The notes under the pieces were generated by a model that searched no databases, was not told where the DNA came from, and saw nothing but the letters and a program-made list of their open reading frames with translations. Position numbers and translations under genes: made by a program. A stretch of DNA of 64,000 nucleotides from Hydrolagus affinis (lineage: Eukaryota): assembly GCA_012026655.1 (NCBI GenBank), contig JAAILG010001329.1, forward strand, positions 1 through 64,000, given 5' to 3'. Positions 1 through 13,080 of this stretch are shown here, piece after piece (the first letter of the stretch is position 1; each line of letters starts with the position of its first letter).

Positions 1-550
1 TTTATGTTTATTTGTAGCCATCCTCCAGAGATTTGATTTGGGTTTAATTTTATCTACATCAACTCTTAAATTGAATTGACTGAAGTTAGAACACCGGGAT
101 CTGAGTATTAAACTGCATCAGTTTTTATTGTTTTCTTTGCAAAGTTGCTTACTCGATGTTTCCTGCCTTTACAATTACCCGTTCCACTTTGTTCGGCAAT
201 GAAAATGTCTGGGTGGGAACTAATTCGACCCTGAACTCCTTCGTTTAGATATATATAAAAAAAAGCAATTCAAGAAAACATGCACACACAGCGACGCAGC
301 CCAATTACAATGACCGAGGGGAACGGGCAGGGTGGGGGACCGAGAGGAGGGGGCTGCGGGAACAGTCAACTGACCCTCCTGATCTCTTTCAGGAAAGGAG
401 ATGGATCTATGAGCGCGGCTGTCTCAAGGGCAATGCTGCCAGCCTGCCAGACACATCGACATTTGCCTTTTCAATTAACGAACAATAGGGTTATTTCGTC
501 CCTCGGTACACCAGCCTTCTGGGATTCCACCGAGTCAGTCACAGGTTCAA

Positions 551-552
<2 letters not shown>

Positions 553-586
<34 letters not shown>
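553..586. repeat. (AG)17 microsatellite
   Basis: Perfect AG run read directly. Confidence 0.98.
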
Positions 587-589
<3 letters not shown>

Positions 590-1224
590 TGTGCGTGCAA
601 TACCGCGCCACTCGGAATGGAAACATTTGAGAGAAATCACAGAACCACGTTAACAACAAAACTGCTTTGCCAAACTTGGAAAAATACAGTTCACTCCCAA
701 ATCCTCATTGAGTCATTGAGAAGAGCTCACTCTCCAGTTCATCCTCTCTCCGCGCGTGGCCGACAAGATAAGGTGAGGCTGACCACCTACGCAACCCCCG
801 CGACAATATTCCTTTGAACACGGATACAAAGGCCAGCGAATAAGCAGGCTTTAAAACTCAGCTTCCATAACGTTTGATTAGCAGCCTGCTCAGAATCAAA
901 CCCTTCTATTCCAGTTGTGAGACTATCTGGGCCACAAAGAGGTACGCCTCTCTCGTAAAGAAAGTCTCCCTGACGTGAATGACACTATATAAATGCAAAT
1001 TTCTATTGTATTCTGATCCTCTCCCACCATAACAGGTGACAAGAGAATTCTTAACCCAGTACAACAAAAAATATTGCCTGATTGGGGGGGGTGCTGTCAT
1101 TACTGACTGCTTAACATTCTGCTGATCAGGTCTTCCTACAAGAGTATGGGGGTATTAGAATGACCACATTCAGCTCCTGAACCTCGCAAATGATCTATGG
1201 CAAGAGGGGAAAAAAGAAGAGAAG

Positions 1225-1541
1225 ATAATAATAATAATCCCTGCATTTCATATAGTGCTTTATAGTGCATATAGTGTGACTCAGTGTTTCACAGAATATA
1301 CTGTAAAATGAATTGACTGGACATATGTGGGCGAAAAGTGGCAGCCAATTGCACACAGCAGTGTCTCACAAACAGTCGTGGATTGAAATGACCAATTTAT
1401 TATTGGTGGGTGGGGTGGGGGTTCTTCTTCAGGGATTATTATTTGCGGCGTGGAGTAAGGAAACTCGCCACCCAGATGGGAATCGAACCCAGGGCCCTTG
1501 CTCGCGAGGTTAAGTGTTCTAAACCACTGATCTACAGGACT
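1225..1541 (-). mobile_element. Full-length tRNA-derived Deu-type SINE with L2-like 3' tail
   Basis: Minus strand: tRNA-like head with A/B-box-like motifs (agtcctgtagatcagtgg...gggttcgattccc), core gtgcaattggctgcc, tail ending (TAT)n. Aligns by eye with 28024-28341, 43595-43928 and 55200-55516. Confidence 0.92.
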
Positions 1542-2439
1542 CAAAAGTATTGGAAATCTTGCTTGGCAGAACCTAAGGCCAGATATCTGGCAGCCTCCCC
1601 CAGACTGTCGACATAAGAGTCAATCTCCCAATGATCAATCCGTGGACAATGGCCAAATTACCAACCTTGGAATACAAGATCCATTTGTGTGACTGTACTT
1701 TGTTTCTGGTGAATGTGCCTCTGCCTGACTTTTTTGCCGTTTCCCCGGTGAGGTATTCAGTTGACAGTTTCACAAGTTCAGCTGGCATCGACGCCACAAT
1801 TCCAGGGCATTAAATCAGAGCACTCGCGCTCAAACACTGCCCACATTGTTTTACAAACTCGACCAATGTCATGTCGCCAGTCAGCACCAGAGAAAGGAAT
1901 CCTTGATCTCTCAAATCACTCGGGGGTCAGTTGAGGCACCCACGCAGGCCTGGTAACAGCCTCTCAGATGGGGCTTTGGTAGTTTGAGGATGGGGAACCA
2001 TAGGGGCCGGGAGATTTTGCTTTGGATCATTTTACGTTGATTTACGCTCTGTTGTACAGTGAGCGTATACATAGGGGCGTACGGCAAGCATCAAGACAGA
2101 AGCACAATTCCACAACACAAACACGCATTAAATCATAGCACAGTTCCTCTGGATAATTTTGTGTTAATTTACTTACAAAGGATACTCCCCTCATCTGAAC
2201 ACACACAAAAAAACACTTGTAAAGCAGAATCCAACTATGGAATAGTTATTTTGATTTATGGGAAAGTGCTGTAAGACAAGAACAGAATAACTATTGAATC
2301 AAACACAGCGGCCCATGTTATATTAAAGCATGTGACCTTATCAGGACCAGACTATCGGAGCAGGATTTGCTAGCTTCAACTACTATTGTAATTATTGAAG
2401 GATTTGACTTCAAATGCTTTAGTAATTACTGCAAACATA

Positions 2440-2595
2440 ATTGCATAATTTCGCCCACAAATATACAGTCAATTTTCCTACTCTCCTTCCCCTTATCCCG
2501 ACCCCTCCCACCCCTGCTCTGGTCCCTACCTGACCGTACAGCGCCTCGGGACGTCCTCCCGACGAGAAAGGCGCTATATAAATGTCATTATCGAC
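2440..2595 (+). mobile_element. SINE core fragment followed by L2 LINE 3' end
   Basis: tttcgcccacaaatatacagtcaatt (SINE), then cagcgcctcgggacgtcctcccgacgagaaaggcgctatataaatg (L2 stem-loop). Confidence 0.75.
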
Positions 2596-4285
2596 TGAAT
2601 TATTGAACAATTGCAATAACATTTTGCATTCAAGTGAATAAGATTTTCGTTTTTCAGCTTATTTACAGGAAAATGAACTAAAAACAATTCTTTATGGCTT
2701 CACTCGTTTCTGTAATTCTTACAGTGTAAAATATTCAACACCGGAAAGCTGTCTTCCGAGGCTAACAGGAAACCTGAACTTTGGAAGTTGCAAGGCTACT
2801 CTGGTGTTCAAGGGTTAACAGAAATATATATAATCTCCACTAAGTTTCACATAAACTGGTGATGATAAATTTCAGAGCTCGGGGAAAGAAAGCACACAAT
2901 GACATTTTCAGAAAACTGTCATCGAATCAAATGCAAAAAAAAACTATTTTTCAAATATTGAGAAAAAAAATTCTAAAATGTACATAATGGGACAACTGCA
3001 CACCTATTGTTATTGCCTCGCAACAGGAGAGAACTCACTCAAATTATTCTCCTAGTTCAAAACATAGGTTCAATCAAATAAAATTCAAAAACAATGTACA
3101 GGCAATAGGAAATCAGAAGAAAAACACAGGCAAACAGGATTCAACAAAAAGTCAACACAGCTGGGTTTGAAAAACAGAGACCCGAGCAAAACACAAAGGA
3201 CATTATACCTGGACTAAGTGACTGCCTCACTAGCAGCACAACTCGCTGTAAAAGCAGAATATTCCAAACTGAAGCCCAGCAACGAGAATACACAGCCCTA
3301 AAGAGCCACGCCTTTCATTTGCTTACACCACACCGGTCTGACATCACTCTGATTGCCGCAGCTCAGTTTGCTCTTGGATTGCACCCAGCAATCCAGTGTG
3401 CTCTCCACAAAGAATATTGATAAAAAGACACACATCCTGACACCTTTACTGGAGCAAACCATATCTACATGGTGAATTACACAGGCACAACCAATACATC
3501 CTTTGGAATTTGAAATATACAAATCATCTTTAACAATTTACCTGTAACTTTAGAAAGAAATAACTTTATTTAAACGAGCGAAATGGAGCTGCTTAACACG
3601 TACCCGAGTCAGCGCCAAGAAAGTGTGCAGTGTGCTTCATTTATTGATGAAGAACGCACAAATGAATCGGCTCAGAATTACACAAAGCGTCAACGAGAAC
3701 ACTCATCTTAGCTCACACTCGCAGGCTGATTTACGGAGAGGATCCGCACGAACATTTAAAATTGTAGCAATGACTCATTGTACAAACAGACTGTGTATCT
3801 CATTACACTCTGAATATTGCGGTTAGCATTCGGGAGATAACTCACTGCTAAAGGTTGAGAAAGAGTGCTGTTCCTTTCAACACATCTGTATTTTTACCCT
3901 CATTCCCCCATTCACGTGACAGCAAAGTACCTTCGACTCACAATGGCCACGTCAGACATTATTCTGGAGTCAATGTCATTACAATAGTTGCTTTGAGTTT
4001 AAAACTCCACAAGTTCAAACTTTTTTTTTTTGACGATTAATGTTTCTTTCACCCACGCCCCCAGGTATAATTGGTAAATTCATTTTTTTTTACCAAGTTT
4101 TAAAGTTTTAGCTGAAAGTGTGGGAAGTAGGAGAGAGGAAAGAGAAAATCTGAATATCACCGATATGTTTCAACGTTTGTTGAAAGAATGAAAAGCATTT
4201 CCATTTAAACAGGAATTAAATCCAGGCAGTGAAGTCACTCATTGCATTTATTGGAGTTCAATTTGCATCCAAAATGAGATCAGGC

Positions 4286-4476
4286 TAATAATAATAATGT
4301 GATAATCCTCGCATTTGATATAGCGTTTTTCACGTCTTCTGGTCTGCGTCTCAAAGCGCTTCACAGAATATACTGTGAAGTGAATTGACTGTATAATTTG
4401 TGGGCGAAACGCGGCAGCCAATTGCGCACGGCAGCATCCCCCCACCCCTCTCCACACAACAGTCGTGGGTTGAAAT
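4286..4476 (-). mobile_element. Deu-type SINE, 3' half
   Basis: (AAT)n-tcctcgcatttgatatagcg...aaagcgcttcacagaatatactgt...gcagccaattgcgcac on the + strand. Confidence 0.92.
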
Positions 4477-4752
4477 TAGATCTTTTACAATGAAGAAAAA
4501 GATGAGCTTGCGGCGGCAACAACATGGGGTTTATAGATTAATCGTGCAAAAAAGGTCAATTTCACTTCAGCCAATGGGCATCTGAAGCTGGCATCTGAAC
4601 AACTCAAGCCATTAAACTAATTGACCACAAAGATGTGACTCCTTCACATCTCGTTGGTAATTTGCTCCTTCAGTGACTCCACCCAACTCAGTCACCCACC
4701 ACAGAGAAAGTTCGGTCTGGCCCAAAGGTCAGCAGACAACTCTGACGATCTA

Positions 4753-5071
4753 CTTACAAGCGTGAGACCTGTGTTCGAAACCAGGCAGGTCAGGGCGAAA
4801 CCAAGTTTCCTTACTCCACACACGCACGCGCGCGCATACCTAACAATAATCCCTCCAAAAACACACAATAATAAAATGGGGTCATTTCAATCCACGACTG
4901 TTTGTGGTGGGGGGGGGGGGGCGGCGCCGTTGTGCGCAATTGGCTGCCGCGTTTCACCCACATATACACAGTCAATTCATTTTAAAGTATAATCTGCGAA
5001 GCGCTTTGAGACACAGTCTAGAAGACGTGAAAAGCACTGTATCAAATACAAGGATTATTACTATTATTATT
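4753..5071 (+). mobile_element. Deu-type SINE, near full length (head 5'-clipped)
   Basis: cttacaagcgtgagacctgtgttcgaaaccaggcagg head; gcgcaattggctgccgcgttt core; tail caaggattattactattattat. Confidence 0.92.
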
Positions 5072-5615
5072 TCGGTTTCTACGTCCGAGGTTTACAGCAC
5101 AGAAGGCGGCTGTTTTCCCATTGTTTTGCTGGCTTCCCTGCTCGCGTTATCTACTGTTATTCTGTTCCCCCGCTCTTTAACCAAACTCCCTTTATTTTTC
5201 CACATGTCTTTGTTTAAAGAATAACAGCAGAACCAATGTAATAGCCGTAATATTCTCCAAGGAGATGATCTGATTCCAGTCTATTTTATTAAGCATTTAG
5301 CTGTTAACAAATGGATTACATCTGTACTTCCTTCCAGGTTATATAGTCAGCTATTTTAAGAATTGAAAAAGCCTATGGCCTTTTAACAGTGGGACAGAAA
5401 GCAGAGGATAAGATTCACATGTTTTGTCAAAAAGTTTTAACTGTTGCGTATTTACACATTTATGCGATTAAAAGTGAGTTCCACAGCACCACATAATATA
5501 ACATAATATTTAACTCGCATGTGTCTCTATTATCTACAAAGGTCAACCACAAAAGGTCAACCTCACATCAAGTGTTCCCATCTCAGACCTGCTGGTTCAC
5601 TGAAGAGCAACTGGA

Positions 5616-5869
5616 CTCCCACCCTATGGAATTCTATCCCCCAATCCCTCCGTCTCGTTTCTTCCCTTTCCTCTTTCAAGGCCAGTTTGAAGACTTTCCT
5701 CTTCGACCGTGCCTTTTGTTCCACCCCGAATTTTTCGACCTCCCCTTCGTGTTTCACCCCCTCCCAAACACTCCCCTCCCAGCTCGGGTCACACTCCCCC
5801 TGTGCAGCGCCTTGGGACGTCCTCCCGACGTGAAAGGTGCTCTATAAATGTAATTTGTTGTTGTTGTTG
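5616..5869 (+). mobile_element. L2-clade LINE 3' end with ORF2 C-terminus
   Basis: Translates LWNSIPQSLRLVSSLSSFKASLKTFLFDRAF, typical of an L2 ORF2 C-terminus, followed by a stem-loop and (TGT)n tail. Confidence 0.9.
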
Positions 5870-6814
5870 GACTCAAAAGAACAATTCCTGAAATGAATCT
5901 GGTTTGCCCACAACCCGTCACATAACACCCGGACGCAGACCCAGAATCCAAGGGAATTAGTTTTGCTCCAAATTCTATCCCATTTTGTGAAAAAAGGCCC
6001 ATTCGAAGTAAACTTTCCGATTATAATTGCTGTTTTAGATGAGCAAACTCTGATTTCCACCCCCCACCCACCCTCCCCAATTTAAGTACAGTGAGGACAG
6101 GGCAATGTGATGAAGTGCAGAGGCATTTCACCAGCTACCCTCAACAACAACAACGACAACAAAATTACACTTGTTTAACGCCTTTCACCTCATTGTAACA
6201 ACAGCACAACTGTTCACCACAGAAGGCCATGGATCTTTGAACAGCCAGAAACAGTCGGATGCTGATTACTGAAGTATTTCAGGAACTTTTCTTCTCCCCC
6301 CCACCCCCTTACTACTTGAATTTGAGTTTGGTGTGTCACAGCACTCCTTGCTATCCTAATTCTTGGTTCCCAGTGTTCAAAACCACTTTGAGGATTGAAG
6401 TTATCAAACATAAAAGAATCCATCAACGACCTGGCTGCAGCCCGCTGAGTACATTATGGTTAAACCAGTGGGGTATTCCAATTCCTACATAATACATTCA
6501 GTCAAATTCACTGACCCTGCATTATATTCTAGGCTGGTGATCCATTTATTACCTTGTCCAGGTCTGTTTTGTCGAGGTTCTAGGTTGGTTTGCCTCCGTT
6601 CTAACTGTTCCTCATTCCCACCATCTGCAAAACACAAGTGGCAAAGGTACATGAGCAAAACACAAGTAGCCAAAGGTATGTTAACAGTGAAACTCCTTCG
6701 GTTGTGCTCTTATCTGTAGCATCAGGTCTCATTACAGGATCAGCACACAAAGCTGACTGCACAGTTGGCAAGGACAAAGAACTCCCGGATATCTATTGCA
6801 AATCTATTCTGGAG

Positions 6815-7101
6815 CTCCTGGGCCACTCGCCTTACAAGCAAAAGACCTGGGTTCAATTCCAGGCAGGTCAGGGGCGAAACTTTGGGCAAGTTTCCTTACT
6901 CCACACGCCTGCTAATAATCCCTCGGGGTGGGGGGTGGGGGGGTGGGGGGAGAATTGTCGTTTCAATCCATGACCGTTTGCGGGACACAAGGCCGCGCGC
7001 GACTGGCGGCCGTGTTTTGCCCACGGAATACGAAATCATTCAAATACATTCCGTGAAGCGCAACGAAACATCTGGGAGACGTGATAAGGACAATTATTAT
7101 T
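6815..7101 (+). mobile_element. Deu-type SINE, diverged
   Basis: cactcgccttacaagc...gggttcaattccaggcaggtcaggggcgaaac...tttccttactccacac, then degenerate core and tail. Confidence 0.88.
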
Positions 7102-7132
7102 CTTTACAGGGACGCAACCTCAAGGAGTGGAT

Positions 7133-7147
7133 CCACCAGGTGGTGCT
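7133..7147 (+). promoter_or_regulatory. CTCF-like motif
   Basis: ccaccaggtggtgct resembles the CCACCAGGTGGCGC consensus; motif match only. Confidence 0.3.
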
Positions 7148-9014
7148 CCTGTGCACACAGCCTGTGGACAAATGGTTTGCAATGGGAGTACCTGCTCATC
7201 GGTTGATACTTCATCTGCCTTCACACACACACACACACGAGCCTCGGTTTACATTTCCAGATATCTCTGACCCAATCTTGTTAGGATTTGACCTAATCAT
7301 TTTATTATTCCGTTTAATAGCATTACACCTGATACTTTCCCAGTGGGCTATTGATTGTTGGAAGTATATCGCTGACGGACGGACGACCATTTTAAATGGA
7401 ATAACTCCCATTAACTCGTTTTGAATAGAATACCGATGGTGTCATTTTCTGATAATGTTCCCAGCTTTTCATTTGTGTGTTTTCACTGGGCAGGAGGGAT
7501 CCACCCACGTCAACATGCAAATTCATATTCCAGTAATGAATTAACACATATTGTGGTTTCCCCCTCCCACCCCACCCACCCACAAAGGTCCAACTCGTAA
7601 AATCACCTTACGGTACACAAAATCAGTTTCTACTCTACTTTCTGGGGAAGTATAAAAGAGAAATTATGATTACTTTTGGGATGCCAGTTAAGACACACAC
7701 TCAAACACACACCCTCCTCGGTGAGTACGTACCACCTGCGCTAGCCAATTCAACTCTCGGCTCTCCAGCACGCCATATGTGGACTTGCATCAATGTACCC
7801 TGCAGGAGTGAGGCCCTGTTGGCAGACGAAAACACAGCCGCGCCAAGCGAATACATACTCACTTGACTGCCTGCCTGCCTGCCTGCCTGTCAGCCATAAC
7901 CAGAGGTCTACACGTCAACCAGAAGGTTTTGTTCTAACCTTGGGACTCTCCGGTCTCGGTCCACGAGACAAACCGTGGCCACTTCACCCACAACATCGTC
8001 ATGAAACATTTTCATGGTGCCACCCAACCCCCTCCCCAAAAACAATCCAGTACTGTACTGTGCTCAACATTAAAAGGCTTTAAGAATCACCTGTTAAACC
8101 ATTTGCCAGAACATTTGGCCAAATAACATTATAAACGGCTATAATTCTGATCGGTTTGCGGATAATTGCGAACCAAGTATATCGCGGTAATAATACAGGT
8201 GCTTGCATTGGTGATGAGTTGGCGGCAGTCAGAATTTATTCATTTCATGTATTCGTTTCATTTTGAGAGATCAATTTACTGTACCCCCTGTGTGTCTTGG
8301 CTCCCACTCAGCCATCGATTCATCAAGGCAACGTTTACAGTACAATTTAGCTTGTGGTTTGGGTGGGAAGGTTTTTTGTGTGGGGTGAGGGGAGGGGAGG
8401 GGAACGGGAAAAGGCCAATGGAGTTCATAAAAACGAGAACCTTATAAAGTGCTCCTTGGGTGCAGAATGGAGATGGGTGAGCTGCCCACCATCACTGACC
8501 CCACTCACTGGTGAATATCCTTTCAAAATGCACTGGAGGTTCTCACTCATGTTGCAGCACACAATGCAAGTGACAAGATTATAAATCATGCATCGCGGTG
8601 GGATGGTAGGAACGCTGCCTGGAATGAAGTCTTGAATGTAATCTGTTACCCAGGCAACGCCATCCCTGCGCGATCCATTCACAACACAACCGTTTTCTGG
8701 TTTTGTTTTTAAGATCGATTTTCATACCAGAGGTTTAGAAATTACAACAAAAAAAAGTACATATGTATACATACAGTACACATATATATGTGTATATATT
8801 TAAAAACAAAATTATTTCGAGTCATCTTCTACCAATTAGTATTTAAAGCAATGCTTTCAATGTTGAGATGGGATTCTGGTGCATGAAAGTCCCTGCTCTC
8901 TGCGGTTAGTTGGTGGATTGTGGATTCCTGAGAATATTTCAACCATCGTCTACATTTTCATCGACCTTCAGTGTCTTAGCCTTGCCTTGCCCTCTCACCT
9001 CCTGCGAGGACACA

Positions 9015-9190
9015 TCTCGAAGACTCTTCTCTTCGACCGCGCCTTTGGCCTCCCTCCCACCGCTAACCCTCCCACCCCCCCTTCTGATCACAACCCCCAC
9101 TCCCCCTAACTGTCTGGGCGCCTTGGGATGTCCTCCTGATACGAGGGGCGCAGTGTCAATGTAATTTTCTTGCTGCTGCTGTTGTTGTTG
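9015..9190 (+). mobile_element. L2 LINE 3' end
   Basis: KTLLFDRAF remnant, gcgccttgggatgtcctcctgatacg, and a TGC/TGT-repeat tail. Confidence 0.82.
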
Positions 9191-9674
9191 TGGATGATGG
9201 GAAAGTTTACCGACGATTGAATGGCATTAGAGATACCTGACCGAGCACTTTACGTACAGAAAATGCCCGACTGCGTAGAAACACAGCGGCTCCCATTTAT
9301 GTAGCAAAGATATGTCCACAGTTTCATTCACGGGTTTCACATTCTATCGTTCTCATTCATTTTGAAGAGACCACATGTGATCTGTGGTTGCCATGGGATT
9401 TTCTCCAGGACCGAGGCACCTTGTCACGATCGCAAACTGCAGAGCTGTATTAGGTAATCATTCGGAAACAGCTCAGTTCACATTAAATTGTCTTTGCGGG
9501 CAACCTGCTCTTCAGCGCTGAGGGGTTTTCAATGTCTACCTGCACGGGCGGAGGGCGAGACATGTTTTGTTGTCTGTCGGTGGGTGCTCGGGTGGTTGTT
9601 AAAGATCCCACGGCACTGCTCCCAGAGAAGGGAGCTCTCTCGAACCCACAAAATCGAATTAGAAATTTACTCTG

Positions 9675-9820
9675 CGGCCGTTTGTGGGAAACTGCTGTAC
9701 ACAGACTGGCTGCCATGCTTCACCCTCAAAATACAGTCAAATCCCGATCCTGTGAAGCCCTTTAAAATGCCGTGATGACGCGATAAGGCACCGCATCAAA
9801 CCCGGGAATTATTCTTATTT
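9675..9820 (+). mobile_element. Deu-type SINE 3' half, diverged
   Basis: gtttgtgggaaactgctgtacacagactggctgcc...atacagtcaa...tgtgaagccc. Confidence 0.78.
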
Positions 9821-10843
9821 TTTAAGAGGTTTAACGTCAGTGAAATACCATTTGTCTATTGACTATCGTGTCCCCTTTTACGTGGACGGCACTATTTGAA
9901 TCCAAGTAGTAGTAGTAGTAGTAGAAGTGGTTGTTGTAATCTGTTCAAAGTAGATTTTCTGAGCTTCAGGATCCTGCCTGCCCACTCACCAAAAGAGTTA
10001 ATTTGTGAAACAGGAGGGCTGTGCGATACAGATACTGCTGGAGGCGACACCACCGTCACAGCAGTGATGCCAAACTCCTGATAATGAACTCACGTCACCA
10101 ATGTGCTCTTTCCATTTTTACCCAAGGTGTTGCACTTGGTCTGCTCGCAGTTGCATCGGAAATGCACGCTCAGAGGGGGAGACAGATATTCTAGGTCGCT
10201 TTCCAACTCCTCGCTGCTTTCTGATGCAGGGCAGGGACCTTCTGAATCAACAGAGGCTGTTATTGGGGCTATTCAGAAAGGGGCTTCAAAACTAAGCTGA
10301 GAGACACTGGCTGAGAGACACTGTACCAATTTTCGACCAGCCGCTATAAATAAAAGTTTCTTTACCTGCCTAACTGATCAGTGAATCTCTCGATTATACC
10401 CCTGGGCTGATCAATCCTCAAACAAAATTCACTTAAGCCCACTTAAAACTCGTCTCCCTCACCACGACTGATTCCGTGCTCACGTCACCGTTAAAAACTT
10501 TGGCAAAAAGCAGTCATTACCACAAGTGCCACTACATTATTTTGGACCACCAAAAAGCTGAAAATACATTTACAGTAGTACTTTTTCTCCCACACACAAT
10601 TTCCTCCTGTGGGCCACTTAAGTCCGCCCACGAAGACCATATTAGAAACATAGGTGTGCATGAGCTGGACGCAGTACTCTCTGTAGAGAGACATAATGGT
10701 TCTAATTTTCTCCAATGTTTCAGAGCACTAAGTCAAACTTATTGATCGAAGTAAAGGTCAACCATGAATTCATCAAAATTTCCCCTATCAAACCAACCGA
10801 TTTCAATGTCTTCCATTTATAGAAGTACAGTAATGGTACTTAC

Positions 10844-10927
10844 TTTTCTGTCATCTCAGCAAAACTTTCAAGGAACAACAGTTTTAAGATCAAACCATTA
10901 ATCAATCTCCGTTGGGTCCAACACATT
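10844..10927 (-). other. Candidate 84-nt exon (probably 5'-UTR) of a minus-strand gene
   Basis: Acceptor ataatttgttttttag|A and donor AAA|gtaagt on the minus strand, in unique sequence. Only one frame is open (MCWTQRRLINGLILKLLFLESFAEMTE) and I do not recognise the protein. Confidence 0.45.
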
Positions 10928-11682
10928 CTAAAAAACAAATTATATTCAAGTGTCATATGGCACGATCAAATTATGTTTTGGAACAAATTATCCAGATTTA
11001 AATTTCAGTCACCTGCCTTTGCAAGCAGCTTGGCGTCTTAATTTGAGTTCCTCAGGTGTGCAATGTTTGATCACCTCCTGGAAAGTCTGCCTTCTAAAGA
11101 GTTCAATCTCTACAAGGCACCTCGGTTCAACGTCTACCAAAATGACAGCAACGCAGGCAATGCGAAAGAGAAATTCAGTGTGTGATTAGACTCGCAGGTA
11201 TCGTGGCCCACTCTTTATAAACCCGGCTGAGAAAAATTCAGCCACTAGAATTTTATAGCTTTTCGGAACTTTACGCTGTAAGGATTTTGATTTGAAAGAG
11301 TGAAGGCCCACAATTATCACACAATGTACTGTTTCATCAGCTTCTTAGGCAGGATAATCCAATCACACAGTATGATACTAACATTAGCAGACTTCATGAT
11401 GAAGCAAAAGTTTATGCAGAAATCTTTTTTTTTTAAAAAATTCGATTACATATGGTCAAAATCTGATGACTAAACTTGCAGAATTGCATCGTCTATTGTG
11501 TTTCGTCACTGAATGTTTGCCTCCACCCAATTACCTGTTGCCACAATATTGGCTCCGTCCAATATCAATCAGGTTCAGACAATTGTCTCATCTCCACCAC
11601 AAACAAGTGACTGTGAGTCACAAAACCAACCCGTGAGTCTTTAAAGAGCTTGGTTATTTTGTTAACATACAATGGCTGCTTT

Positions 11683-11838
11683 TAATAATAATACAGTAAT
11701 AATAATCCCTGTATTTGATAGAGCACCTTATCACGTCTTCTAGACATCTCAAAGCGCTTCACAGAATATACTTTAACGCGAATTGACTGTATTTTTGTGG
11801 GCGAAACGCGGCAGCCAATTGCGCACAGCAGTGTCCCG
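11683..11838 (-). mobile_element. Deu-type SINE 3' half
   Basis: (AAT)n...ctcaaagcgcttcacagaatatact...gcggcagccaattgcgcacagcagtgtccc. Confidence 0.92.
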
Positions 11839-13080
11839 CATCTAGCTAACAGTAGATTTTAAGATTCACATGGAAACATTGCACCTTCTTAATGCGGCAA
11901 TAATACAGAACAATCAAGAAACTCACAATTAAAAATTATCCATTTCAAAATGGTGAACAGCCTCAATTATAACTTGATGGTAGTAGACCCCAAAAAAGTA
12001 AGCACTATATGGTTATTATACATTGATGTCGAGGAGACCAGATAATTGAAGCTTTAAAGGTGGGAGTTTAGGCAGAAAGGGCACATTTCTTTGCACACAA
12101 TAGACCATTAATAAAGAGGGGAGGTTGTACTTTTTGTTCTCTCTATTGTATTCTAAATTTCAGGCTTGTAGAAGGGAGGGAAGAAACCGTGTGCTAATTA
12201 TCTAAAGCTTTCAACCATAGCCTTGGACACAATGCTCACATGGATAGGAAGAAAACAAGAGAACTGGCCAGGGCCACTGTCGTCGAGATAACACACCTTC
12301 AATTCTGCTCTTGAAGACACTATCATCTTTAAATTAGATATTGTTGGCAATTGCCTACAGTATTCAACATCATTTTAGCTGTCAAAAGGAGCTTTGATTG
12401 CATTTTCTACTTTAATATCCTGGATAAAATATTCCTTCAAAAAAATGAGACAAGCCGGAGAACTCGGAACACCAGGAATCAAAACCCAAACATTTATGTT
12501 TCAATTGCTCTTAGAAATGAGCGAACAATTCCATTCAAAAAAAACACAGTACATCACAACAGCTCCCAGGCTGGTCTAACAAAGAGAGATATTATCTCCC
12601 AAGAAAAAAAAATATTAAAATGTCGGATACAACGGTATTGTGATGGAAACGAGATAGCACTGGTATGGAAACAAGACCTTAAGATCCATAGCAGGACTCT
12701 GCTGTCTTCACATACATAATACTGTTTGTATTTAAAACCATTTACTTATGTACTAAATATTGTATTTAACTCATTTTAATGACCTAATGGGGAATGAGGA
12801 TCTGTCACTAATTGTATGCCATCCCTAATAGTAATCAAATTTCTTTGCAACATTCTTGACATACAAGCCAAATAGCCCCAGCTTTTCTTTATCTATATCC
12901 TCCCTTACACAATTCTTTCCACCCACCCACCCACCCAAAGTCTAGGAATAGAATCCGCTGTAGTAAAATTTAGAAAAGCAGAAATGCATCTCATCCAAAT
13001 TATTTACGAGGTGAGAAAGAGATTCAGGCTAAAGTCACTGCCAATTTCTATCACAACAGTCTAACATCTAAATTAGCACG

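Noticed and set aside
280-630. 116-aa ORF with RERERE run
   Set aside because: Derived from an (AG)n microsatellite and G-rich sequence; no coding signal.
6765-7424. 219-aa + strand ORF
   Set aside because: Runs through a SINE and CA repeats; no recognisable domain.
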